From an uncultured bacterium (GTDB lineage Bacteria; SAR324; NAC60-12), in the NCBI GenBank assembly GCA_964010765.1, contig CAXGMD010000022.1, positions 1-40,799 on the forward strand: a DNA stretch of 40,799 nucleotides, written 5' to 3'. The notes beneath the pieces were generated by a model. It made no database searches and had not been told where the DNA came from. It saw nothing but the letters and a program-made list of their open reading frames with translations. Position 1 is the stretch's first letter; the number at the start of each line of letters is the position of its first letter. Of the stretch, positions 23,163-31,617 are shown piece by piece. The translations under genes were made by a program, and so were the position numbers.

Positions 23163-24422
23163 TCAGGAAGCAGTTGCGTAGTACTGTCGAAAATCATCGG
23201 GGAATTTCTTAAGGAAGCTGACAATCGGCATTGAAGCCGCGTCTCCGAGTGCACAGAGTGTGGTCCCTCCCATGTTGCGCCCAACTCTTTGCAATCGGTT
23301 GAGTTTACGCTCACTACCGTTGTTCTGCAGAAAATCTCGGAGCAACTGTCGGGCCCAGTGAGTCCCTTCACGGCAGGGAGTGCATTGACCGCAGGATTCG
23401 TGATTGTAAAAACGTGAGATGCGGTGCAGCAACTTGACCACGTCTGTGTCTTCATCAAAGACCATGATTGCCGAAGAGCCCATCATCGATCCGGCCTTAC
23501 CAACCGAATCAAAGTCATAAGCAATATCTATTTCATCTGCTCGTAGCACCGGAGAAGAGGAACCTCCGGGAATCACTCCCTTGAGTTGCTTTCCTCCACG
23601 CACCCCACCTCCAAGTTCTTGAATGATATCTCGCAAGCCAACCCCCATTGCTACTTCGTATACACCTGGTCGGTTGACATGCCCACTCAAGCTTACCAAG
23701 TGAGTTCCTGCATTGTTGGGACTACCCAAACTCTTGTAGGCATCAGCCCCCATTTCCAAGATGGCTGTGACATTGGTCAGAGTCTCAACGTTGTTCACAC
23801 TCGTTGGACAACTATTGAACCCAGCAACTGCAGGAAATGGCGGTTTAACACGGGGATGGCCACGTTTGCCTTCGAGTGAATCCAACAGAGCTGATTCTTC
23901 GCCACAGATATAGGCACCTGCTCCTGTGTGCACTGTCAGATCCAGCGCATAGTCTCCACCCAACAATTTTGGGCCAAGGATTCCTTCTCGATAGCAATCA
24001 TCAATCGCTTTGTTCAAGCTTTTGATCGCTGGGAAATACTCCCCTCGGACGTAGATGTAGCCGTGATGACAACCCAAGGCATAGCAACCGATCATCATCC
24101 CTTCAAGGAAAAGATGTGGATCCTTGAGCATCAATTCCCGATCCTTGCAGGTCCCTGGTTCAGACTCATCTGCGTTGCAGACCAGGTAGCTTGGCTTGCC
24201 CGTGTTTTTGGCCATGAAGCTCCACTTTAGGCCTGTGGGGAATCCAGCCCCACCCCGCCCACGCAAACCCGCTTCCTTGACTAGGGCAATCACTTCTTCG
24301 GGTTGCATCGCCAAAGCTTTTGGCAAAGATTGGTAACCACCAGCTTTGCGGTAGCTGTCCAAAGTGCCATCATATCTAGAGGTGCGGATGTTGCGGAAGA
24401 GAACGAGCGTTTCCTCAAGCAT
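23163..24422 (-). CDS. nuoF: NADH-quinone oxidoreductase subunit F
   Basis: GLRGRGGAGFPTG, NADESEPG, GAGAYICGEES, ESCGQCTPCREG. Confidence 0.97.
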   Translation of the reverse strand: MLEETLVLFRNIRTSRYDGTLDSYRKAGGYQSLPKALAMQPEEVIALVKEAGLRGRGGAGFPTGLKWSFMAKNTGKPSYLVCNADESEPGTCKDRELMLKDPHLFLEGMMIGCYALGCHHGYIYVRGEYFPAIKSLNKAIDDCYREGILGPKLLGGDYALDLTVHTGAGAYICGEESALLDSLEGKRGHPRVKPPFPAVAGFNSCPTSVNNVETLTNVTAILEMGADAYKSLGSPNNAGTHLVSLSGHVNRPGVYEVAMGVGLRDIIQELGGGVRGGKQLKGVIPGGSSSPVLRADEIDIAYDFDSVGKAGSMMGSSAIMVFDEDTDVVKLLHRISRFYNHESCGQCTPCREGTHWARQLLRDFLQNNGSERKLNRLQRVGRNMGGTTLCALGDAASMPIVSFLKKFPDDFRQYYATAS

Positions 24423-24912
24423 GGGTTTCCTGCTCTTGCGGGGTAGTAGCGAGAGTGTCCAGCAGTTGATCGATTTTTTCAGGGGTTAACTGCTCTACAT
24501 AGTCCTCGTTGACAATCATTGCTGGCGCATAGGAACAGGCTCCGATGCACTCCATCTCTTCAATGCTGAAGAGACCGTCTTTCGTGGTATGACCGGCGTG
24601 AATGCCTAATTTGTGCTCAAGATGCTCCAGAATTTCTGGACCTCCTACCAGACAGCAGGGTACACAGGTACAAACTTGCAGATGATACTTGCCCGGCGGT
24701 CGAAACCGGAACATTGTGTAGAAGGTTGCTACTCCCTCCACATGGGTGGGCGAAACCTCACACAACTCGGCTACATGATTCACCCACCTGCTGTCTAACC
24801 AGCCTTGATTTTCTTTCTGAGCCAAGTGCAGGAGGGGCAGGAGAGCGTTACGACGAATCGGATAGCGAGAAAGAAGACGGTCAACCTGTTGTTGCGTTTC
24901 AGGAGAAAACAC
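24415..24912 (-). CDS. nuoE: NADH-quinone oxidoreductase subunit E
   Basis: VATFYTMF, C-x4-C ... C-x3-C 2Fe-2S ligands (CTCVPC, ECIGAC). SD GAGGT before GTG. Confidence 0.95.
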   Translation of the reverse strand: MFSPETQQQVDRLLSRYPIRRNALLPLLHLAQKENQGWLDSRWVNHVAELCEVSPTHVEGVATFYTMFRFRPPGKYHLQVCTCVPCCLVGGPEILEHLEHKLGIHAGHTTKDGLFSIEEMECIGACSYAPAMIVNEDYVEQLTPEKIDQLLDTLATTPQEQETHA

Positions 24913-25079
24913 TCTACCTCTTTTGCGGTGGACCGAACGGAAACCGGTCTGGCGAACACGGATGGGGAAAGTTCAAAACCTCATTTTTTAACGAATACCC
25001 ATTGAAGACGCAATCGAAAAACGACCCGTCCCTGCTTACAATTTGGGCTATTCCCGACTCTCTGACCTTAGTTGTTACC

Positions 25080-25625
25080 TTGAATAAAATTTTTAGAGTC
25101 AACTTAACTCTCCAGAAATTTATCTGTTCGTGTTTTCTATTGCTGCTCATTGGTTGCCAGTATACGTTTGAGGGTGGCAATCCTCCCCTTCCGGCAGAAG
25201 CCGCGACCCTAAGCATTGCGCCCATTGAAAATCAAACCTTTGAATCAGATCTGGAAACTTTCGTGATGCAGGCTCTCAACAGCCGTTTGCGCAGTAATTC
25301 GGCTGTTCGACTTCGTGGTGGAAGTGAACGTAGTGATCTACTGTTGCGAGTGCGATTGGCCCAGTTGACTCGACTGAACTTGGACGAGCCAGAAGCCTTG
25401 GCTGTTGCTCAGCAGTTGACCCTTGTAGGAAGCGCAACTCTTGAGGATCAGCGGACCAACAAACAGCTTTGGGAAGTTTCCAATCTCAGAGTTGAGGTTT
25501 CTACCAGTAGCAACGATAGCAGTAGCAGTGCTGACCTCAGTGGTCAGCGACTCAGCCGCGGCATACAGGAACTGACCGAAAACTTTGCCGAAAAAATTTA
25601 CAGCCAGATCTTCTACAATTTCTGA
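25080..25625 (+). CDS. lptE: LptE-like outer-membrane lipoprotein
   Basis: Lipobox LIGC, then YTFEGG..LP....LSIAPIENQT, typical of LptE-like proteins. Likely start is TTG at 25080; the track ORF from 24714 overlaps nuoE antisense. Confidence 0.65.
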   Translation: MNKIFRVNLTLQKFICSCFLLLLIGCQYTFEGGNPPLPAEAATLSIAPIENQTFESDLETFVMQALNSRLRSNSAVRLRGGSERSDLLLRVRLAQLTRLNLDEPEALAVAQQLTLVGSATLEDQRTNKQLWEVSNLRVEVSTSSNDSSSSADLSGQRLSRGIQELTENFAEKIYSQIFYNF

Positions 25626-25630
25626 GAGAC

Positions 25631-26371
25631 ATGATTGAATTAATCCAAGTCACCAAGGCCTTCGGTAGTAAAAAAGTCATCGACAATCTCTCCCTAAAAA
25701 TTCCTGCCAACAAGATTACCGTCATCATGGGTGGTTCTGGCCATGGAAAATCCACCATCGTCAAATTAATCCTTGGTTTCATTATTCCGGACTCAGGAGA
25801 GATCATTGTCGATGAGGCCAATGTCTTGGAGATGAGCAAGAAGCAGCGCGTAGAAGTGCTTAAGAAAACAGGAATGTGCTTTCAGTACTCCGCACTCTTC
25901 GATTCAATGAATGTCTTCGAAAACGTCGCCTTTGCTCTGCGTGAACACCAAAAGCAGCTCAAGGAAAGTGACATTGCCGAGAGAGTCACTTCTACACTCA
26001 ATCGACTAGGTCTCTACGATGTGGAAGACAAAATGCCTGCCGAACTCTCTGGAGGAATGAAAAAACGTGTAGGAGTGGCGCGAGCGCTGATGATGGAGCC
26101 CAAGATCATGATCTTTGATGAGCCAGAATCCGGGCTAGACCCAATCACAACCACGGCGATCGGCAACCTGATGGTGGAAATGCGTGATAACTTTGGCAAA
26201 ACCTGTATTTCCATTTCCCATCACATTCCCAACTCCATGCGGGTTGCTGACAAGTTGGCGATGCTCTATCAGGGCAAAATCATTGCCGAAGGGAGTCCGA
26301 AGGAAATTCGGGAAAACTCGAACCCAATTTTACAGCAATTCATCAATGGGAAGGTGGACGGTCCGTTTTGA
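25631..26371 (+). CDS. mlaF: ABC transporter ATP-binding protein, MlaF/Mkl-like
   Basis: Walker A GGSGHGKST, FQYSALFDSMNVFENVAF, LSGGMKKRVGVARAL, DEPESGLDP, QFINGKVDGP. Confidence 0.85.
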   Translation: MIELIQVTKAFGSKKVIDNLSLKIPANKITVIMGGSGHGKSTIVKLILGFIIPDSGEIIVDEANVLEMSKKQRVEVLKKTGMCFQYSALFDSMNVFENVAFALREHQKQLKESDIAERVTSTLNRLGLYDVEDKMPAELSGGMKKRVGVARALMMEPKIMIFDEPESGLDPITTTAIGNLMVEMRDNFGKTCISISHHIPNSMRVADKLAMLYQGKIIAEGSPKEIRENSNPILQQFINGKVDGPF

Positions 26372-26405
26372 AACGAATCTGAGGGGGGACTAGCGAAGAG
26401 AGAAC

Positions 26406-26427
26406 GAGCCTCGGTCAACCGAGGCTC
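26406..26427. terminator. Hairpin between the convergent ABC ATPase and L36 genes
   Basis: GAGCCTCGGT-CA-ACCGAGGCTC inverted repeat, followed on the minus strand by GTTCTCTCTTC. Confidence 0.6.
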
Positions 26428-26434
26428 AGCGGAC

Positions 26435-26560
26435 TCACTTCTGGCGTGCTTTGAAGCGAGGATTGCTCTTGCAGATCACAAAAATCTTTCCACGTCGACG
26501 AACGATCTGGCAGTCTTTGTGACGCTGCTTTGCTGACTTGAGGGATGCAAGCACTTTCAT
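26435..26560 (-). CDS. rpmJ: 50S ribosomal protein L36, type B (YkgO-like), 41 aa
   Basis: Translated by hand (below track length): [47 protein letters not shown] upstream. Confidence 0.96.
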   Translation of the reverse strand: MKVLASLKSAKQRHKDCQIVRRRGKIFVICKSNPRFKARQK

Positions 26561-26675
26561 TTTGGATACTCCAATGGAAATCAGAAAAACAAATTAATAT
26601 ATTTGTCTGGCTAAGAATGTCCAGTAAATTCCATCAATCCCAAGATCCTTGCTATCAACCCCATAAGGAAGATTG

Positions 26676-27107
26676 ATGACCTGGCTCCTGCTGAATCTGA
26701 TCGTGACCTGGTATATGGTTGGCTTGATCTGGCTGATCCAAGTTGTTCACTATCCTCTCTTTGCAAACATCCCCGCTGCAGCCTTTCCTGCCTATGAGCA
26801 TCAGAATACTCACCGAACGACTTGGGTGGTGATTGGACCCATGTTGCTGGAGTTGTTCTCTGCACTGCTACTCTGGTGGTCACCTCCTCCCGGCTTGTCA
26901 TCGACACTATTGGGAACCACGCTGGGACTGCTTGTGCTCATTTGGGCTTCCACCTTTTGGTTGCAAGTTCCACAGCACCTGCGTCTCTCAGAGCGTTACG
27001 ACTCCTATGCCCAACAACTATTGGTACAAACAAACTGGATCCGCACTCTAGCCTGGACTGGGAGAGGGTTCCTACTGGCCTGGGCTCTCCATCAACAGCT
27101 TCACTGA
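26676..27107 (+). CDS. Conserved-type four-TM membrane protein of unknown function
   Basis: Four hydrophobic helices; GLIWLIQVVHYPLF, STFWLQVPQH.RL, NWIRT.AW. Confidence 0.75.
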   Translation: MTWLLLNLIVTWYMVGLIWLIQVVHYPLFANIPAAAFPAYEHQNTHRTTWVVIGPMLLELFSALLLWWSPPPGLSSTLLGTTLGLLVLIWASTFWLQVPQHLRLSERYDSYAQQLLVQTNWIRTLAWTGRGFLLAWALHQQLH

Positions 27108-27125
27108 TAACTTCAAGAATGTGCT

Positions 27126-28937
27126 TCAGCCTTCTTTTTTGAAGCACTCGTGTCGCCAAATGGTTCGTTTCTCTGTTGGTTTTGCAGGCTGACCAGGAGG
27201 TCCCGGTCTTTCCAGCATGAAGTGGATCCGAAAGGCGGTCAACTTGCGCTCTCGTTCCGTTTCTCCACTATTCCATTGACGACAGAGATAGCGTCCGTAG
27301 TGGAGACGGTAGTCTTTGTATTTCTTGAGCCAAAGATTCATCAGGTACTTGCGCCAGCGCTGATTAGGATAATACGCAGAGGGATCATCTGGTTTTTCAA
27401 AGGAGACCTCTCCGAGTTGCAGTCGGTACACATCAAGGGGAGTCCCGTCACGAAGTTCTCCTTCCATCACAAACCAACCATCATCTTTACTAGGCTGAGG
27501 AGAAAACATGTTCCAGTATTGATCCAACCGCAACGCCGCAAACAACGTCTTGACCGATGAGGGCAAAGGAACTTCCTTGAAAAAGCTGTAGCGCAGATTG
27601 TAACCCACAACCAGAACGACCAAGACCAAGGCCATTGTTGAAAGATATTGATTCGGAACCGCTTTGGGTGGAAATGGACGCGAACCAATCCAAGCAGTCG
27701 AACGACCTAGCTGAGGTCGATGGCGTACGACCCAAGCATACAGACTTTCGAGCGAGGCCAAGGTTTTCACTTCAGACAAAAAACGGGTTGACCATGCGGA
27801 CCAAGGAGATTGCTGCAATACCAGCCAAAGTCCCTCACCAGCGAACGCATAGTGTTCTCCTTGCTGCACAACCCAACTGCTGGGAGCTTCATTATCGAAA
27901 AGCGCATGCACTACAGGATCGGCTTGAATCGGCCGAATCTCGGCTCTGCCAAACAGAACAAATTCGCGCAAGACTCCAACCATTCGTCGGCAAAAACCAC
28001 AGTCCTGATCGTAATAAAGGATCAGGTTTTCGGCAGGAACCTGGCGTAACCAATTCCTGGAAGAAAGCCAGTCCCAGATTTCCTTGGGAAATAAACTAAG
28101 CAGTACCGCAATGCAGATCCAAGGAAAGAAACCCAACTCCATCGTCAAGATCAGACCCAGATGAAGTGAAATGAGCAAAAGTACACCGATAGTCCGCAGC
28201 CAAACATGCCAAAATGGGCAGAGCAACAGTAGCGGCCCAACCCACTCCACTCCATAGACGCTCCACGTCAGCCATTTCAGCAACTCAGGAAAACTCTGAA
28301 GCCAGTCTCCCAGTGGCGTAGTGAATTGCTCCCAGGTGATTGCATACCAAACCGCTGTCCCCTCTGGCCACCATTCTGTTGAGGTTTTGAGCGCTGCTGT
28401 ACATACATACAGCAGCACTACCTGCAAAACCAAACCAACCGACCCACCTGTCAGAACCTCCTGTTCACTGAGGTTTGCAGCAGGTTTGAAACCTGCCAGA
28501 CTCCGAGCTCGATCAAGCGAGCAGCGAGCTGCTAATGGCAGAAAGAGACCCCAACAGAGCAAAACTCTGAAATAAACATCTCCAGCATTGAGGACGACTG
28601 GATTTCGATTATGGAATGACAACATCAGCACCCAAGCCACCAGGGTGCTCCACCAAGTACGCCAGCCAAGAGCTAGAGCCAGACCAGCGCATCCATAGAC
28701 CAGAAGGCAAAGTCCCACCCACAGCGGTTGTCCACTAAGAAACAGTAGGGAAAAATGATAGGGATTGCTGAATTCAGTTAACAGGACGGACCGGGGTAGA
28801 ACCCCTGAATCTCCATAGTGGGCAATCAAGTCGCTGCTACGAATCAACGCATCCAACATCACCAAAACACCCAACAACACACGGAGTGTAGCCAGTCCAC
28901 GAAGATCAAGACTCAGAGGGCGGAGAATCCAGCGCAT
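27126..28937 (-). CDS. HTTM-domain membrane protein fused to a DCC1/DUF393-like thiol-disulfide domain and a C-terminal QxWxMFxP domain
   Basis: SLDLRGLATLRVLLG..HYGDSGVLPR, SFHNRNP..GD, YYDQDCGFC (DxxCxxC), LRLDQYWNMFSP, NQRWRKY. ATG at 28937 preferred to TTG at 28964. Confidence 0.85.
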   Translation of the reverse strand: MRWILRPLSLDLRGLATLRVLLGVLVMLDALIRSSDLIAHYGDSGVLPRSVLLTEFSNPYHFSLLFLSGQPLWVGLCLLVYGCAGLALALGWRTWWSTLVAWVLMLSFHNRNPVVLNAGDVYFRVLLCWGLFLPLAARCSLDRARSLAGFKPAANLSEQEVLTGGSVGLVLQVVLLYVCTAALKTSTEWWPEGTAVWYAITWEQFTTPLGDWLQSFPELLKWLTWSVYGVEWVGPLLLLCPFWHVWLRTIGVLLLISLHLGLILTMELGFFPWICIAVLLSLFPKEIWDWLSSRNWLRQVPAENLILYYDQDCGFCRRMVGVLREFVLFGRAEIRPIQADPVVHALFDNEAPSSWVVQQGEHYAFAGEGLWLVLQQSPWSAWSTRFLSEVKTLASLESLYAWVVRHRPQLGRSTAWIGSRPFPPKAVPNQYLSTMALVLVVLVVGYNLRYSFFKEVPLPSSVKTLFAALRLDQYWNMFSPQPSKDDGWFVMEGELRDGTPLDVYRLQLGEVSFEKPDDPSAYYPNQRWRKYLMNLWLKKYKDYRLHYGRYLCRQWNSGETERERKLTAFRIHFMLERPGPPGQPAKPTEKRTIWRHECFKKEG

Positions 28938-29066
28938 TTTGTAGAGTTGTGAAATGGAAACCAAGGGAATTTGCAGAAGATTCAGAGGATGAACTGTTCT
29001 ACGTTTTCTTCAGCAAAATGAGTTGAGAGGAGGGAGGACACATCTCGCAGCAACACGCGGAAGCAT

Positions 29067-29166
29067 GGGAGTTCCACCGACCGCCAAGCACGGTAGAACT
29101 CCCGGATCCTGATTGTCGCAGGATCAGGATCATTTCCCCGACGGCCCAATCCTCCGTCAGAGAAAT
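29067..29166 (-). ncRNA. Candidate structured RNA of three abutting hairpins, family not recognised
   Basis: Stems at 29132-29166 (13 bp), 29105-29131 (9 bp) and 29067-29103 (13 bp). The three non-Watson-Crick positions are all G-U wobbles on the minus strand. Confidence 0.5.
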
Positions 29167-29261
29167 TGTAATGTTCTCAGTTCAAACACTGGGAACAATC
29201 CACTTGTAGCACGAAGCATTCCTTTTTGTTGAACACCGTTGAACCACTGGGGAAGCATCCC

Positions 29262-30323
29262 TCATGGCACCGTGATTCCAAGCCCTGGCTGATCAAGAGG
29301 AATCATGATGCCCTTTTCAATGGTGTAGCCGCCTTGGGCTGGATCACGAACAAGATCAAGATCACCATCCAGATCCAGATATCGTGTAGTCGGGCAGGCC
29401 AAGGCTTGGTGCAGAGCCGCTGCTAAACTAAGTCGACTCTCATCATTACATCCCCACATCAGCGTACGACCCGTCTGTTCAGACAGGTTGGCAATTTGAC
29501 GCGCAGGTCCTAGACCACCACATTTCATCAGCTTGATATTAAAGCCTCCACAAAGTGGATCCTGAAACCCGTAGCGCAGTGCATCCCCAGGACTTTGCAG
29601 GCTTTCATCCAACACCAAGTGCTGGCGCTCTGCAGCTGGTAGTGACCGTAGCTCCTCTGTTTGTGAAACAGGCATTGGCTGCTCCACAAATTCCAGCTGC
29701 AACTCATCGAATTTAGTCAGCATAGTCCGCAGAGCTTGCAGATCATAGCCTTGATTTGGATCGACTCTCAGGAGGATGTCTTGAGGAAGTTCTTCTCTCA
29801 GTCGCCGTAACAGTTCCAAATCTGCTTCAGAATTCTGGCCCAACTTAACCTTGAGGACACTAAAGCCCTGAGCAACTTTCTCTTTTGCTTCAGCGAGCGT
29901 TTCATCCAGGGAACGCAGTCCCAAGGTCACCGAAGTCGGTAAAGCCGCATGACAACGGCCAAGCATATCGGTCAAGGGTAGATCCAGTCGACGAGCCAGC
30001 AGGTCATGGAAAGCCATATCAGCTGCAGCTCGAGCTGCAGGAGCTTTGGGAAACTCTGTCTCCAGTTGGCGCAACAACCGTGGTAGATGGCGGACGTCTT
30101 CCCCTTGAAAAGCACTCATAGCCTGAAGAGCTGCGTTGCAGACCTCATCCGTTTCGCCTGTCACTCGTGGCCCAGGGCTGGCTGAACCCCAACCATGGTG
30201 ACCTGTGTCCGTTTGCCATTCAACAAAGTGAAGCGTAATCGCTTCAGTCGTGTGATAGGAAATCGTGAAGGGCTGAGTCAAAGGAATGTGTTCTTGAAAA
30301 ACACGGCAGGATGTTAGTTTCAT
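29262..30323 (-). CDS. Enolase-superfamily dipeptide epimerase (AE epimerase / DgcA-like N-acetyl-D-Glu racemase)
   Basis: KVKLG, RVDPNQG, EQP, DES, NIKLMKCGG, MWGCNDES, DLDG. Confidence 0.88.
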   Translation of the reverse strand: MKLTSCRVFQEHIPLTQPFTISYHTTEAITLHFVEWQTDTGHHGWGSASPGPRVTGETDEVCNAALQAMSAFQGEDVRHLPRLLRQLETEFPKAPAARAAADMAFHDLLARRLDLPLTDMLGRCHAALPTSVTLGLRSLDETLAEAKEKVAQGFSVLKVKLGQNSEADLELLRRLREELPQDILLRVDPNQGYDLQALRTMLTKFDELQLEFVEQPMPVSQTEELRSLPAAERQHLVLDESLQSPGDALRYGFQDPLCGGFNIKLMKCGGLGPARQIANLSEQTGRTLMWGCNDESRLSLAAALHQALACPTTRYLDLDGDLDLVRDPAQGGYTIEKGIMIPLDQPGLGITVP

Positions 30324-31396
30324 GGTTGGGCCTCTCGAGCAACGAAGTCACGCAGTAGTGGTAGGATATTAGACACACCCTGCTCCAATGGCAGAAAAAC
30401 CGGCAACCCCAGGCGCTGTTCCAATTGCGCCCGAACACCCTCCCGATCTTCCATCGCAATCCCCTCTCCATTGAGGGTCACAGCGAGCACCTCAGATCCA
30501 TAGAGTTGAATGATCTTGATGTCATCAGCAACATCCGCCATGGGCCAGGGCCGATCTGTAGTTTTGTAGAGTTCACGAGCCGGAGCATGCTGCAGGATCA
30601 CCCCCTTGGCTTGGGCTGAGGAGAGAAACTCTGCTCCACAAGGGCCACTTGGATTGCGAAGGGCGGATTGTCCTTCAATCAGAATCAATTGGGGCGCAAG
30701 CTCATGATCACAGCGCACGATGGCACTTTCCAGTTCGCCGCTGACGAAGTCATTGGGCGTTGCATCCAGAATAAATCCATAGTCATGAGCAGACTGCATC
30801 CAGCCGGTTTGTCCGGTGTAGATCAATTCGGTCTTCATGCCTTCTGCCTGACAGGCATCTCGTAACCAGCGGGCTGTGGTGCGCTTGCCCAGAGCACAGT
30901 CGGTTCCCATCACCACTACACGAGGTGCCTTGACGTCGAGGATTTCACCACACCAGAAGCTCAACTGCTCTCGGGGTCGCGGCTTTCGCAAGTCGAACAG
31001 ACTTCCTCCATGATGCTGCGCCAGGGCAACCATTTCCGGATCTTCAGCAAGCCAACTATGCAGGCCATTGACAACCTTCAAACCCTGACGCAGGGCATCA
31101 GTCACGGCACTCCTGAGATCATCATCAAGCTTCCCACCCGCAATCGCCACTCCAATGATGGCCACTTCTGGTGTTGTTTGAGCCTGGGCATACGCTTCGG
31201 CGACGCTGGCATAGATGCCTATTCCACGGTCTTTTCCATCGACAATTTGTCCTGCTTCTTGTCCTGCCTGTTCTGGATCAAGAACTCCCACGATCTGAAA
31301 GCGCTCACTACTACGAATCAGGCCAAAAGCTGTCTTGGCAAGCTTACCGTTGAATCCACCTGAGGCCAGAACCAACGCTGGTTGTTTACTAGTCAT
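30320..31396 (-). CDS. DUF1611 family P-loop protein (DgcN-like D-Glu N-acetyltransferase)
   Basis: AKTAFGLIR, VVNGLH, GTDCALGKRTT, TGQTGWMQ, DFVSGELE, IEGQSAL. ATGA overlap with the epimerase gene. Confidence 0.88.
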   Translation of the reverse strand: MTSKQPALVLASGGFNGKLAKTAFGLIRSSERFQIVGVLDPEQAGQEAGQIVDGKDRGIGIYASVAEAYAQAQTTPEVAIIGVAIAGGKLDDDLRSAVTDALRQGLKVVNGLHSWLAEDPEMVALAQHHGGSLFDLRKPRPREQLSFWCGEILDVKAPRVVVMGTDCALGKRTTARWLRDACQAEGMKTELIYTGQTGWMQSAHDYGFILDATPNDFVSGELESAIVRCDHELAPQLILIEGQSALRNPSGPCGAEFLSSAQAKGVILQHAPARELYKTTDRPWPMADVADDIKIIQLYGSEVLAVTLNGEGIAMEDREGVRAQLEQRLGLPVFLPLEQGVSNILPLLRDFVAREAQP

Positions 31397-31617
31397 AATC
31401 TATGCCTACACAGAGGAGCATCGTCTGGATCACTGGTTACGCTTTCCTAATCGCTCTTGAACAGTACCTTGAGCTTTTTGCCAGCACATAAATCCAGAAG
31501 TTCAAGAAAGGCGACCAAACTAGGCTCAGTTTGTTGGAGAGGCAAGCGGAATGGTGCTTTAGAGAGATCCCCCATCAGGACAATCGAAGTGATTCGTCAC
31601 ATACCAGCAGACAAGAT

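Noticed and set aside
24714..25079. N-terminal 122 codons of the 303-aa track ORF
   Set aside because: It overlaps nuoE antisense and its upstream region; the lipoprotein signal indicates a start near 25080.
29060..29105. Fluoride riboswitch-like ATGGGAGTTCCACC on the plus strand
   Set aside because: It lacks the 5' pseudoknot partner and the GCUGAUGAC-type 3' motif, has no plus-strand gene downstream, and the wobble pattern favours the minus strand.
29172..29197. tRNA-Sec-like TTCAAA loop
   Set aside because: No acceptor stem, D arm or T arm (GTTCGA) surrounds it.
31448..31576. 42-codon minus-strand ORF (MGDLSKAPFRLP...) between the MFS and DUF1611 genes
   Set aside because: No clear SD and no recognisable motif; cannot be supported without conservation data.
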